Below the pieces are notes generated by a model. The model was not told where the DNA came from, made no database searches, and saw only the letters and a list, made by a program, of their open reading frames with translations. From assembly GCA_964016885.1 (NCBI GenBank), contig OZ024740.1, positions 295,616,001-295,680,000 on the forward strand: a stretch of DNA of 64,000 bases, in the 5' to 3' direction. This DNA comes from Eledone cirrhosa (lineage: Eukaryota). Made by a program: the position numbers and the translations under genes. Positions 13,850-27,829 of this stretch are shown here, piece after piece. Each line of letters opens with the position of its first letter. Position 1 is the stretch's first letter.

Positions 13850-14395
13850 ATGGGTGTTTTTATTGACAGTGATGGCTGAATCATCTAGATTTTCCGAAAC
13901 CTTTATACCTAGCAGTATAAGTATAAGTGTAAGTAGGCTCAGAATCTTGTATGCTTTTAGGGATGCAGTTGTTTTCAGATATGCAGAGAGCACATCGTTT
14001 ATTCTTGTTCTGAACTATTACGATTTTTTAACGATCTTCTATTTGGTGTTGAAATGAAAATATTTTTCTTTTAATGAACATAATCTTTTCTTCATAATTA
14101 CAAACTATACTATTGGCTGTTTCTACATATATAGGGAGTTTCAGTTTGGGTGCGGTGGGGTAGTGCTCGCTTGTATCGGTTCCAAATGTTCGTTCTCGGA
14201 TGCTTTCTGCTGAGGATGCACTGGTAATGTCCGCTTTGTTCTTTATGTTGGTGATACACTAGCTTAATTTAACATCTTTTTCATTAAATAATTTTGTATA
14301 CGAGTGGTTAACTGGAAAGTGTTTATCGATTAAAGCAATAATAGTTTTGCCGATATCAGATTAGACCTTTAATGACATGAGAGCTTTGAACCAAA
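13850..14395 (-). pseudogene. Degenerate Hydra-like PLE fragment
   Basis: Minus strand gives WF....SDIGKTIIALIDKHFPVNHSYTKLFNEKDVKLS and later KRCALCISE. Confidence 0.7.
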
Positions 14396-14580
14396 TGAAA
14401 ACCTTACAATAACATTAACTCTTGCAACCCACACACAGCTTTTAAAAACCTTATCAATTAAATCAGTTGAAGGATTTCCAGTTTGTCCGTAATTAAGAAA
14501 ATATTTGATAAAGCGGCCCCTTGCAACAACACCGCCTTAGAAACAACCGAGCCCTGAATATGATAATATATAAAAACAAT

Positions 14581-14687
<107 letters not shown>

Positions 14688-14826
14688 TACAAAATGTAAA
14701 CGGAAACAACAAAACAAACGACACAGCACAATTAAGACATATAATATGTTAACGCTTGATATGCAAGGAAAAGAGTTTGTTACGTTTCGGTCACTAGACA
14801 GAATGTGAAATAAAAGATGAAATAGA

Positions 14827-14916
<90 letters not shown>

Positions 14917-15535
14917 GTATGTATGTATGTATGTGTGTGTGTGTGTTTCATAGCAAAGTTTCGAGTTTTATGTTATGTATACTGCAGTTTCACGCGGTTA
15001 GATTTCCTTTGTATTATTTTCTATTAATCGTTTATTGAAAGGCAAGAAAAGTTGAAGTAGTTTTAAAACATAATCGTGTAACTTTGTTACAGATAAAATA
15101 AACATTGTATTACGATTCTAATTGAAGAAATTAGCTACAAAAGGAGAGCAAATTATATTTCCCGTCTATATTATAACTGTAGAGCTTTTTTGTTCGTTTG
15201 TTACATACGAACACTACAATATGTCAAGTATGTTCTAAATAGATCGAACACAATTAAGAGTAAGACGAAAATATCGGGGAGTGCAAATAATCTAAATGTT
15301 CTAAAATGTTTTCCTTCATGTTAGAAATTAGGGTTCTCTGCCAGACGTGTTGTCTAGCTTCGTCATTATGTCTCTTTATTTCCCCCCTCTTCCCCCCCTC
15401 TCTCTGTCTCGCTCTCACTTCCACTCTCTCTCTCTTTCACTCTCTCTCTCTCTTTCACTCTCTCGCTCTCACTATATATATATATATGTGTGTATATATA
15501 TATATATATATGTGTATATGTGTGTGTGTATGTAC

Positions 15536-15576
<41 letters not shown>

Positions 15577-16266
15577 CATACATACATATATATATATACA
15601 TACATACATATATGTGTGCGTATGAAGGTGTTGACAGTTACGGGACATATACAAATATAACCGGTTGTTAAACGTATTTTATAAGCATAAATACAAACAA
15701 ATATGCATAGAAACACACACACACAGACAGACACATACAAATATATGTGTGCATGTCTGTGTGTGTATGTTTAGAAGAAACTTACTTGTTCCATTCATAA
15801 AACACAGGTTATATTATTGTCTTTTATAACACCGGTGGGAGGGGGGGGGGTCTTTTTAGTGAAGAATTTACCCCAAACACGTATAAAGATGCACACACGC
15901 ACACGGACACACATACACATCCTCCCTCAATTATGTATATCGATGTAAGCGAATGAATTTACATATATATATATACCCCTATTCACATACGCACATACTT
16001 GCATGGGGTTAACACATTTCTGTATACATACAAGCACATATAATATACGCACTCATATAAACAAATGCAAACTCAATATACGTTACATACATACATCCAT
16101 GCATGCATACATAAATACATATATACATACATATATGAATACATAAATACATACATACATAAATGCACATTAATACATACATACATACATAAATACATAC
16201 ACACATACATACACATTAATACATACATACATATATACATACATAAATACATTATGCATACATACA

Positions 16267-16455
16267 GGGCGTGGATTGGCAGTATCGGTAGAGGGTCGGA
16301 CGCCATGCTTTCCAGCATAGTTACGTCCCTTTACGATCTGAGTTCAAATCCCGCCGAGGTTGACTTTGCCTTTCATCCTTACGGGGTCGATAAAACAAAG
16401 TACCAGTAATGCACTGGTTAATTGCTGGCCTTGTGCCTAAAGTAGAAACAATTAT
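16267..16455 (+). mobile_element. tRNA-derived SINE (~190 bp)
   Basis: A box tggcagtatcgg, B box gagttcaaatcc, core gcctttcatccttacggggtcgataaa, tail agtagaaacaatta; multiple copies in window. Confidence 0.9.
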
Positions 16456-16571
16456 GCATACATACATACATACACACATACACAATAATACATACATACA
16501 TATATACATACATAAATACATACATACATAAATACATACATACGTACATACACACACACATATATATACAT

Positions 16572-16618
<47 letters not shown>

Positions 16619-16849
16619 AGTCAAGTGAGAGTTCGTGTTCACATTTAATACGACACATGCTTGGGTATAAACGGGAAATATATTTACACATTTACATACA
16701 TTACATATATATGTCACATATACACACATTCCTATATTCACACAAACACATACTGAATGTGTACACAGAGGCCTAGTCACTGTTGTTTAGAAACCAACAC
16801 ACACACACCTCATATTACGTAGATTGAGGAAGGCCTTCGTCGGTTTCGA

Positions 16850-17150
16850 CGAGGATTAGTGTTCTGGTTGTTTGATCAACAGAAGGGTCTTCTCGTGAAA
16901 GTAACGTGCAAGTATGTCACATATACGTGTGTCCTAACGTACCTCTCAGGGAAATTCAGCATGACACGATGGCTTTTTCAATTACATGTACAGTCCATTT
17001 GATGGGCTTCCAAACAGTTTCCGTCTACACAATTTTACTCATGTGTCGACCAGTAGCTCTGGTAAATAACATACGCCCAAGATTCTACGCTGTGGGATCG
17101 AACCCGGAACCTAATGATTGCAAAGCAAACTCCTTAACTATTCGACCATG
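16850..17150 (-). mobile_element. Second tRNA-derived SINE family copy
   Basis: Minus-strand tRNA-like head with B box ggttcgatccc near 17094-17104. Confidence 0.5.
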
Positions 17151-17922
17151 ATGAATACATTACAGACAAGCAGTACGCACATATAACAAATACATACACT
17201 AGGCAATCGAAACATCTAGAAAAGTAGACGGCATATATTTTAGCCTCTGGCAGCAAGGTTGAAATGGATGAAGACTAAAGAAAATGAAAATAAGAAAAAT
17301 CTCCATTGTTTTCTTTCAGCTGTAAGGGAATAATTTGTTGGTTTTATCTCTCCCCTTTACATTACCACTACATCGAACTAGCTGTTGTTTTCATGTTTCT
17401 TCTAGTTTCAAGAGGCAGAAAGGAAAGGAAAAAGGAGAAAAGGAGATTAGATGTGAAAATCTAAGGAGACAGTCACTTATAAATTCTGGAATGGAGTTTA
17501 TTTGATTGTAATAAAATGGTGTGTTTAACATAGTCTGACGTTGTAATTTTTCATGTCCGGCCATTTTACATTCATTGTTTGATATTATTAAAATGAATGT
17601 AAATTTTATAATACACATATGTATTAATACAGACAGACAATATATATATACATCGTATAGATATATAGGCATGCTCACACATACACAACTTTATCAATAC
17701 ACACGCACATACACACACATACACACACTGAAAAGCACACAAATATCGACATTAGAAAATGTCTAGTATTCTTGAAATATTGTATATATAATAAAGAAAA
17801 TTATAACGTTGGAAAAAGCACATTTAATGAAATTTAAGAAAAAATAGCTTTCAACGAGAAAGAACGTTAATTTTCGGCTGTAAACACCGGAAGTTAAAGC
17901 TAGCGTGTATTATATATATATA

Positions 17923-18297
17923 AGGGCGTGGATTGGCAGTATGGTAGAGGGTCGGACGTCATGCTTTCCAGCATAGTTACGTCCCTTTACGATCTGAGTT
18001 CAAATCCCGCCGCGGTTGACTTTGCCTTTCATCCTTACGGGGTCGATAAAATAAAGTACCAGTAATGCACTGGATAATTGCTGGCCTTGTGCCTAAAGTA
18101 GAAACAATTATATATATATAAGGGCGTGGATTGGCAGTATCGGTAGAGGGTCGGACGCCATGCTTTGATACATAGAGTTACGGCCCTTGCCATTCTGAGT
18201 TCAAATCCCGCCGAGGTTAACTTATGGGGTCGATAAAATAAAGTACCAGTAATACAATGGGTAATTGCTGGCCTTGTGCCAAAAGTAGAAACAATTA
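17923..18297 (+). mobile_element. Two tandem SINE copies separated by (TA)n
   Basis: 17923-18110 and 18121-18297 both match 16267-16455; second has a small internal deletion. Confidence 0.9.
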
Positions 18298-18367
18298 TTT
18301 ATATATATATATATATTGTACCTTTCATTTATATATATATATATATTAAAGAGGAAAGAAAAAAAAG

Positions 18368-18439
<72 letters not shown>

Positions 18440-18453
18440 ATATATATATATAT

Positions 18454-21400
18454 AGTAATAATAATAAAATTGAAGACTAAAATCCAAAGAGGGCTCGACA
18501 AGGAAAATATATATCAAATATATAAGAACCGTAGAGCAAATATTTATTAAAATAACAGATTAAAGTTTAAGCAAAGAATCGCTGCTTTCACCCTTAACGG
18601 GATCTTCTGAAACTAACAAAGTCAATCTGTAAACGCAGAACTGGATATTTCAAAAAACGTTGCAACCGGAGGAAGACAGGAAGACGATACTTTGGTTCGT
18701 GGTAACGTTCGCTGGCAAAGAACGGGAAAAAACGAATAATACGTCATTAATAGGAGCGGTGAAAAACAATTACGCGCAAAGACAGAACCACGTTTATGGT
18801 ATAAAAGAGGTCGTAGACTAATGTTCTCTTAGGTGGTGCATAGAGACGTTCTCTGGCAATGAACGAAAAAACGAAGATAATAAGTCATATGTGGAGCGTG
18901 GAGAACAATAGCACGCAAAGACAAAATCACGTAAATGGTAAGCAGAAGTCGTAGACTAAAATTCTAACTAGGAGACCAAATGAATCTCCGCTACAGAGTT
19001 AAGAACAAAGTAAATAAATACAATACAGAAGTAATAGAAACAAATAAATACATACACGCAAACAGATACGTACATACACAAGCATACGCAAAACCTTACC
19101 GTAGGTATACAAAACCACGCACATATAAATATGTGTGTGTGTGTATGCTTGTGTACAAATAAATAAATAATTATATAAACGTATATAAGTAAATAAATAC
19201 GTATATAACAAGCGCACACTCATACCTACATATAAATACACGAATGTTCGGAGACGTAAGTCAACTAAAACAAGAAGTACACATATACACACAACCACCA
19301 TACGTACGAACCTGCATACTCACGCAGACGCAAAACTCCCGTATACACATAGCCAAACCCTAAATACCAGAATATGTAAAAAGTATACGCCATAACAGTC
19401 AAATATACGTACGAGAAGGTATACATACCTTCACAAAACATACGGGTAATATATAGAGCTTCATTGTAATAAGTGGAATGGTCGTTGAAAATGCGCTCGT
19501 TGGTGCAAAGACGGGAAAGCCTCAACGGGCGGTGGTTTGTACCGTGACGATGGTCTTTTGACCATGACTAAGTGCGGACCTCGTGCTTGCGACAGGTTCA
19601 GAAAAGAACTCACAGCCTTCTTTAAAGGCTTCAACCTCTCTATACAGGTTGAGGCCAATCTCTCGGTCGTTAATTACCTCGACGTTACCCTCAATTTATT
19701 GAATGGGTTGTATTACCCGTATAGAAAGCCGAATGATACGCTTAATTACATAAGTAAGCATTCCAACCATCCTGCCAGCATAACCAAGAACCTGGTAAGA
19801 AACGTTTCGTTGAGGCTTTCCCGTCTTTCCACCAACGAGCGCATTTTCAACGACCATTCCACTTATTACAATGAAGCTCTTGCCCGAAGTGGATTTGTCG
19901 ATAAGGTAGCATTTACTGAGTACGAAAATAGACCTAGAAGAAATAGATCCCGTCGCATTTGTTGGTTTAACCCACCATATAATATGGAGGTGGCCACACC
20001 ATTAGCTAAGATCTTTCTTTCCCTTATTACGAAGCATTTTCCCCCTACACATAAATATAGTAAAATTTTTAATAGAAATACTATTAAAATTTCTTACTCT
20101 ACGACTCCTAACCTTGCACATAACATCACAGCTTCAAATTTAGCTAAACTACCTAGCCGTAGGAACACGTGCAACCCTGTAGTTAGTACTAACTGTAATT
20201 GTAGGAATCGGGCTGATTGCCCCCTATCCGGGAAATGCCTCTCTAGTAACATTGTCTACAAATGTAAGGTTGTAACACCCACGTCCCGTAGGGCCTACAT
20301 AGGGTTAACCGCCAATAGTTTCAAGCAGCGTCTCTACATGCATACCCATTCTTTTCGTTACCCTCTAAGAAGGAATATGACGTCACTTTCAGCATATATC
20401 TGGAGTCTAAAAGACAACCACACCCAATATAAGTTACACTGGGAGATCCTAGCTAGGGCTAGATTGTATAACGGAAATAAAAGACCATGTGACCTCTGCG
20501 CCGCTGAGGCCCTGGAAATACTCTACGCCACAGACCACATCTTAAACAAAAGATCTGAGGCAATTTCGGCTTGTAAACATAAATTGCACAACACTTTCCT
20601 GTATTAGAGCCCCACGTTATACCCTAACGGATAGCACGATCTATACGTGGATATTTTACGTCTTGATGTGGGAGCTAAGTATATGTTTGTTTATTCCTTT
20701 ACTTATTTGCATAGGTAACTATATATTACCCGTATGTTTTGTGAAGGTATGTATACCTTCTCGTACGTATATTTGACTGTTATGGCGTATACTTTTTTCA
20801 TATTCTGGTATTTAGGGTTTGGCTATGTGTATACGGGAGTTTTGCGTCTGCGTGAGTATGCAGGTTCGTACGTATGGTGGTTGTGTGTATATGTGTACTT
20901 CTTGTTTTAGTTGACTTACGTCTCCGAACATTCGTGTATTTATATGTAGGTATGAGTGTGCGCTTGTTATATACGTATTTATTTACTTATATACGTTTAT
21001 ATAATTATTTATTTATTTGTACACAAGCATACACACACACACATATTTATATGTGCGTGGTTTTGTATACCTACGGTAAGGTTTTGCGTATGCTTGTGTA
21101 TGTACGTATCTGTTTGCGTGTATGTATTTATTTGTTTCTATTACTTCTGTATTGTATTTATTTACTTTGTTCTTAACTCTGTAGCGGAGATTCATTTGGT
21201 CTCCTAGTTAGAATTTTAGTCTACGACTTCTGCTTACCATTTACGTGATTTTGTCTTTGCGTGCTATTGTTCTCCACGCTCCACATATGACTTATTATCT
21301 TCGTTTTTTCGTTCATTGCCAGAGAACGTCTCTATGCACCACCTAAGAGAACATTAGTCTACGACCTCTTTTATACCATAAACGTGGTTCTGTCTTTGCG

Positions 21401-21627
21401 CGTAATTGTTTTTCACCGCTCCTATTAATGACGTATTATTCGTTTTTTCCCGTTCTTTGCCAGCGAACGTTACCACGAACCAAAGTATCGTCTTCCTGTC
21501 TTCCTCCGGTTGCAACGTTTTTTGAAATATCCAGTTCTGCGTTTACAGATTGACTTTGTTAGTTTCAGAAGATCCCGTTAAGGGTGAAAGCAGCGATTCT
21601 TTGCTTAAACTTTAACCTGTTATTTTA

Positions 21628-21633
<6 letters not shown>
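18454..21633 (+). mobile_element. 5'-truncated YRDD-type (Hydra-like) PLE, family D, with inverted 5' pLTR
   Basis: 18542-19456 is the near-perfect reverse complement of 20719-21633; central RT/GIY-YIG ORF; TA flanks; ~140-bp internal duplication in the pLTR (21216-21330 / 21355-21470). Confidence 0.92.
19537..20607 (+). CDS. PLE reverse transcriptase C-terminal half + GIY-YIG endonuclease (5'-truncated, no true start)
   Basis: YRDD, YLDVTL, SNHP, WFNPPY, CNC.....CPL...C, IVY..YIG, CDLC, LNKRSE..CKH. Confidence 0.9.
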   Translation: MYRDDGLLTMTKCGPRACDRFRKELTAFFKGFNLSIQVEANLSVVNYLDVTLNLLNGLYYPYRKPNDTLNYISKHSNHPASITKNLVRNVSLRLSRLSTNERIFNDHSTYYNEALARSGFVDKVAFTEYENRPRRNRSRRICWFNPPYNMEVATPLAKIFLSLITKHFPPTHKYSKIFNRNTIKISYSTTPNLAHNITASNLAKLPSRRNTCNPVVSTNCNCRNRADCPLSGKCLSSNIVYKCKVVTPTSRRAYIGLTANSFKQRLYMHTHSFRYPLRRNMTSLSAYIWSLKDNHTQYKLHWEILARARLYNGNKRPCDLCAAEALEILYATDHILNKRSEAISACKHKLHNTFLY

Positions 21634-21700
<67 letters not shown>

Positions 21701-21706
21701 ACACAC

Positions 21707-21746
<40 letters not shown>

Positions 21747-21879
21747 CACTCTTTATTTCCTGTTAGAAACTGAGAAACTGTCGGAAAGTTACGCCTGAAA
21801 CCCAGTTTCAATTCTCAGTTTCAAGTATTTCACTTGCAATAGGCATATATCTTTTCTTTTTTCTGTGTCTGTGTGTGTC

Positions 21880-21913
<34 letters not shown>

Positions 21914-22482
21914 GGTGTGTCGGTTTGTGTGTATGTGTGTGCATATAGGGTTAATAGATCGGCTTGGACACAGGAGCTGCGCATAATAGCCTCCACAGCC
22001 CCTCTGAAAGCGATGATATTGATGTGGTTAATATTTTTTCTCAAAATACGTGTCAATAACTCACGTAAAATGCCGAAATGTCAGAGGACTAACACCACGA
22101 ACAACATAGATTGGGTGTAGTTATTGTTACGGAGTCCAAGAAGGGGAACAAAGCATTATTTTCATGTTGTGTGGAGTTGAGTGGGTTTCGATGAAAGTGG
22201 CAAAACATAATCAAATGTCATAAATCAAGGATGTTTTAGTAGCAGTAAAGTAAAAAAAAAAACAAAAAAAACATTGTCCACGTGGCAAATATTCTAATAT
22301 GCCAGTCGATGAGGTTCTTTATGGGATGTAGTAGTAGCACCATCTAAGATATGGAAGTATAATACTTTAGTGAATGATACCCTTGTCACAACTTCACAAG
22401 TTTCTTCACTAAAACATATCTAATATCAAATTATTAAATTCCAAACAATATATGTTTTCATGTTTTTTATAGTAAACTTTAC

Positions 22483-22600
22483 AGGCGGCGAATTGGCGGA
22501 GTCATTAGAACGTCGGATAGAATGCTTTACGGTATTCGTTCCGGCTCTCTGCTCTCGGAGTTCAAATCTCGCCAAGGTCAACTTTGCCTTTCATCCTTCC
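22483..22600 (+). mobile_element. Old SINE copy
   Basis: gagttcaaatctcgccaaggtcaactttgcctttcatcct. Confidence 0.7.
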
Positions 22601-22659
22601 TCTATATCTCTTTCTCACTTCCTCTTTCTATCCTTCTCTGGAAGAAATCTGCTATATGC

Positions 22660-22757
22660 AGGCCTGGAGAGGGTTGGGCTCCGTCAGGCTTAAAATACCC
22701 CCAAAATGTCGTATGTCAATACAGCACTCCCGCGGCTCCATCAGGAGTTACGGGACT
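22660..22757 (+). repeat. Dispersed ~100-bp repeat, also at about 172-265 and 4868-4930
   Basis: cctggagaggg..ctcc..ttaaa..ccc..ccatc.ggagttacggg shared. Confidence 0.55.
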
Positions 22758-23245
22758 ATATATACATACATAGTAAACTTTGAAGAATAAGACATCGAGT
22801 CATTTAAGTCTATGGGCTATTGAAAAAATAAGACTCATAAAATCTTATTTCTCCAAATATATATTTTGTCGGGCGCACTCCAGGGTCGTTCCTTAGAACT
22901 TTCGTTCCTAATCTTCTACAATTAAATATGTAATCAAGATGCCACCATAACACTTCCAATACAGTATAGTATTGCTTCTCAAGTCACCATACTGGCACAT
23001 ATATTTTAACAATAGACTTCCGATGATTTAATTCACACTCTAACAAAATGTTTGTATTTCCGGGGTTTAGCTTTTAGAAATATTGCCAGAATAGCAAGCT
23101 ATAGTTTTAATTTCTGTCAGGCAGTTTTCGTTAACTTTTTTTTCAATTGATACGTAATCTTTAAACTTGTTATCCGGTTAATATGAATTTCCACAAGTGC
23201 AGGAATGTATAACGGGCAAAATAAATGCAAAATGCACAATAGTGT

Positions 23246-23302
<57 letters not shown>

Positions 23303-23306
<4 letters not shown>

Positions 23307-23597
23307 GCGGGTCTTGTCAGGGGCAGCCGTCTCCAACTGATCCAGCTGAATCCCCAAGTCAGACCAGCCAATCTCATGGGTCTACACTTGGGTCTCCTGC
23401 CAGTTGGTTTTGCCGGTGAAATCTGTCCATCGATTCTTTCCTGAGACATTCTAACCACATGCTCATAATATCGGAGTTGTGATCTCTCAATTCGGAGAAG
23501 TAGCGGCTCTACTTGGAGTGACTCTCTGATCTCTAAGCTACACACTCTATTGAGTAACGTTACTCCAAAGACCCTTCGGAGGAAACCCATTTCGGCA
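23303..23597 (-). pseudogene. RTE-clade LINE 3' fragment
   Basis: EMGFLRRVFGVTLLNRV.S.EIRESLQVEPLLLRIERSQLRY..HVVRM..ER..PTGRRP. Confidence 0.85.
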
Positions 23598-25288
23598 TGA
23601 ATTTATTATAAACAATAATTACAATAATACCAAGGATATTAATTAATAGATATATAACAAAATAGTTTACTACATACTACGGACTAAGTATGGTATTATG
23701 TAGAATATATGTAAGGTCGGGGGATTTGTAGTGTCAGTTGAGCGTCGGACACCATGATTAGTAGCACGTTCTGAGTTCAAACCCCGCCGAAGTTAGTTAA
23801 TCGACTCCCCACCCCCCAATTGAATGCCTTGTTCCTAAACCAGAAACCATTATGTAAAATACATAACGTATACATTTTAACGTATACATTTTAAGGTATA
23901 GATTTTCTGAAATAAATTTACTAATAAACTAAGTCCACTGAAATTGACTGTAATCAAGCAATTGCACAGAGATCTCCCCTTTTACTCCAGGTAATATGCT
24001 GCTTAAACTACATAATCCAGTGTCCTTCGTTTCCTTAAGAGGATCTAAATATAATGTGATTACTATTATTAGCAGATCCTGTGACCACTTCTATGCAGAC
24101 AAATTTATAATTACTTTTTCTACTTACAACGAAATATCCTGAGTTTTCTTCCAATAAACACCGAAATATCCGTAATATACGCGATCTTTTTATGGCTTTC
24201 TTCGTAGCAATATATATTTTTTCACTCTTTTTAATGCTAAATTATTAATGACAATATACCCTATCTGCCAGCCTATATTCTACGTTTATAGGCATTTTTA
24301 TGAACCATCCAATATTCGCAGTTTTTCCCTCTAGGAACGTAAAACCCGCGATTACTGGGGAATACAACTGTACATTGAAATATCAAAATAATATTAATAA
24401 TTCACAAATAGTGTTTTTTCCACACTGTATATTGTTTCTTCTTTGTAGATAACTCTTCAATACTCACTACACTAACACAAACTTAGCCATTGTTTTAAAA
24501 GAGTCTGAACTAAAGTTCACTTTTAATGTTAACTGCATCATATTTGCTCTTTGAAATCTTATGTGAATGGTTTCCAAACAAACAGTAGAATGTAAGCGAT
24601 CTGTAAATTTTGATAAGTAAATTAACTTGATAAATATGGTGTCGAACTAGAATTTAATTTATATTATATAAACTGTGTCTTACTTACAGTGGGAAGACAA
24701 AATAAAAATAATGAAAAAATGAACTTGCAGTTCGTGTCACTCGGGTGCGGTCGGGGTCAGTGAACTATGGAATAAGATCGTCTGTTAAAATAGGACGGTT
24801 TTATTAAACATAAAACAACAAAACTATGTACTTAGTTCTTCCTTCTAGATCATTCTTTTTATTAATTTTGACTTTCTCTCTTTTAACTTTGTTATTTATT
24901 TAGTGATTGTTTAAAAAACATATTTGAAAAGTCGTTTTATTTTAAACTGTCTGCAACAGTGTCTAGTTTATATTATTCTGTAATTAAGAATTGTTTATGA
25001 ATATTCCACTTAGTTTATTTCACATCTTATTTATAAGATCATACATATTTATCTAATTTGTTTAAAATGCAAATGACTGCACTTAGATTGAAATATATAC
25101 TTACTTTAAAACACGACAACAACAAAAACAGCATCAATGTTTACTAAAGTTAATGACAGAACTTCCTCAGCAGTTGTCAAAAGATTTCATAGTATATATA
25201 TATATACTGTGACATAATATATTATAATATAGCCATACTCTACTACCCCTTGATGTTTCTAACACACACGCGCACACACGCGCACACA

Positions 25289-25391
<103 letters not shown>

Positions 25392-25422
25392 GTAAGTTAA
25401 TTTTGGGTTTATATATATATAC

Positions 25423-25611
25423 GAAAATGTTTGACCCCGACGGCAGAGCTCAAGCCGTTTCGACGGCTAATTCAGTCCAGAAATAGCCGTCGAAACGGCT
25501 TGAGCTCTGCCGTCGGGGTCAAACATTTTCCTATTACCCACTCTACTACCCTAAGTATTGAGTACTCTGGTGCATTATGGTCCATCTGGTTCCTTACCAC
25601 ACCTCCTTCGT

Positions 25612-25612
<1 letters not shown>
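25423..25612 (+). mobile_element. Fold-back insertion (family H): 47-bp perfect hairpin plus ~80-nt tail
   Basis: Arms 25423-25469 / 25484-25530, 14-nt loop; TA flanks. Confidence 0.7.
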
Positions 25613-25642
<30 letters not shown>

Positions 25643-25646
25643 ATAT

Positions 25647-25924
25647 TCAGGTTTGAGGTTCACCACTGTATAGAGCTGGTCTATTCCGTATGATCAATCG
25701 TAATGCAATAATATAGAGAGTACTCAACGTAAAGCAGTTAAACCGTCTTTGTTTTTGTAGTTGGTGGTGCTATTACGGAGTTAAATATTATAATGAAATG
25801 ACCGGGTTCCGTATGAATCCGGTGATATCACCGGATTCATACGGAACCCGGTCATTGAAATGATCATAGTATAATAAACCTTTCAAGGATTTACACAAAT
25901 CCAGCCTCCTGTCATTTCATTATA
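25647..25924. mobile_element. Fold-back insertion of family G with 60-bp perfect palindrome
   Basis: Palindrome 25797-25856; right part matches 8896-8990, left part is the reverse complement of 8983-9122. Confidence 0.8.
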
Positions 25925-25935
25925 TATATATATAT

Positions 25936-26212
25936 ATATCAATGATATTAATAAATGGAAACTATATTTAAGATCTCCTTCCTGGATATGTCAATATTTA
26001 TAAAACAAACTTTGTATTTTATCTGATAAGAGCGTACCAAAGTTTTGGTACCCTTGAAATATATATAATAGAATAAATATGGTTTTATAAATATAGTTTC
26101 CATTTATTAATATCATTGATATTATACTCCAGAAAACTTGTCGAGTGCTTCGAAAAAGTTATAAATATATATATTTGTTGAATTAACAATAAATTAAATA
26201 CCCCTTTTGCTT
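25936..26212 (+). mobile_element. Short hammerhead-bearing fold-back element (family J)
   Basis: 35-bp inverted repeat 25936-25970 / 26088-26122 plus ~90-nt tail; TA flanks. Confidence 0.7.
26015..26075 (+). ncRNA. Hammerhead motif with G8->A core change
   Basis: TATTTTAT-CTGATAA-gagc-GTACCAA-agtt-TTGGTAC-cctt-GAAA-TATATA-TA-ATAGAATA. Confidence 0.6.
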
Positions 26213-26233
26213 ATATATACATATATATATATA

Positions 26234-26904
26234 GACAAACTTTTTCATATGTAACCCATTTGCAGCGCCGCAGCTCCATTATTATCATATTTACACATAT
26301 ATTTTTTCCTCTGCTGCCACCCTTCTGTTTCGTTCTTTGTGTCTTTACCCTTTCTAGCAGTCTCTCTCTGTTAGCCTCTTCCTCACCTTTCACTCACTCA
26401 CTCTCTGTCACTACCTCTCCTCCTCCCCTTTCTTCCCGTTTGACCTGTCCACAATCCTTTTCTCGCGGGCACTTGACCAAGCCGGTATGAATTTTTTTTC
26501 TCTCTCTCTCTCGTCTGCGACTTCACAGAACTTATGTTTACCGAATTCGCAGACCAGACCCCTTCTTCCTCCCGTTAGACCTGTGCGAAATTCCTTCCTT
26601 GCTCACATTTCAACCAGGTTTGATGGTCTTTATTCTCTCGTTCACGATTCCACCGAATTTATATTCATAGAAATCTGGGACTTGTTTCCTTCTTCCTCTC
26701 TTTCTGCTGCTTAAACCATTTTGTTTGTTTACCCTAGCGTCCCCTTTATTTACGTGTCCCAACGACTTTTTTTTAGCCGTTGCTCGCACCAACCTGAGGT
26801 ATATGGCCTTTAATGCGACGAAATGCCTACGACGGTTGGATGGCCACTGATGAGGACAAACTTTTTCATATGTAACCCATTTGCAGCGCCGCAGCTCCAT
26901 TATT

Positions 26905-26910
<6 letters not shown>
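26234..26910 (+). mobile_element. Non-coding ~620-bp unit with ~56-bp terminal direct repeats (family F)
   Basis: gacaaactttttcatatgtaacccatttgcagcgccgcagctccattattatcata at both ends; second copy 43690-44232; TA flanks; strand uncertain. Confidence 0.8.
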
Positions 26911-26952
<42 letters not shown>

Positions 26953-27586
26953 TAATGGTCTAAAATCTTTTAAACTGGTTCTATCCTGGTAGCTATGGCA
27001 GCTAACGCTACCAGGTGGTGTCCGGCAGAAGCAAGGGGGGCGGGGGGGGGGGACACACACAATCATCGATGCATTTCGAACTTAACTGGTTCTCGTCAGG
27101 AGGATCTCTCCCGCTCTTGCAACTGCTGGACTTTGAAAACAGGTGAAAATATATAGTTGTTTCGTCTGTGTAAATGAGGTGATTAATCTCATTTGCATAT
27201 GAAGCTGTATAAGTTGGATCAACTTATAATGGAATAGAATTCTAATTTATGTTCAAACATATGTATAACAAATATGTATTTGAATTTCGTATTTCTAAAT
27301 AAATACGGTATGTTTATAAATAAACATTTAGAAAGCCATAGCTATGAAAAACACTGGCAGCTAACGCCACACAGCGGTGTCCGGCAGAAGTAAGGGAGAC
27401 AATCGTCTATGCTTTTCGAAATACATACATATATATATATATGTATAATGAGGGGGCAGCCATCATGTGTACACACACACACGCATATATATATGTGTGT
27501 CCACATATATATATATGTACACACACACAAACACACACATATATATATATATATATAAATACTGTATATACATAATTTATAGATTT

Positions 27587-27618
<32 letters not shown>

Positions 27619-27682
27619 GTATATATGCATATATATATATATGTGCGTCTGTGTGCGTGCGTGTGCGTGCGTGCGTGCGTGC

Positions 27683-27800
<118 letters not shown>

Positions 27801-27829
27801 GAGAGAGAGAGTATTAGTGCTTGCAAGTG

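Noticed and set aside
16267-16360. tRNA gene
   Set aside because: A and B boxes belong to a multi-copy SINE head; no full cloverleaf.
21560-21605. Hammerhead-like CAGAAGA-TCCC..GGGT-GAAA-GCAGC in the family D pLTR
   Set aside because: U4 is replaced, there is no UH site and no stem I pairing; at best degenerate.
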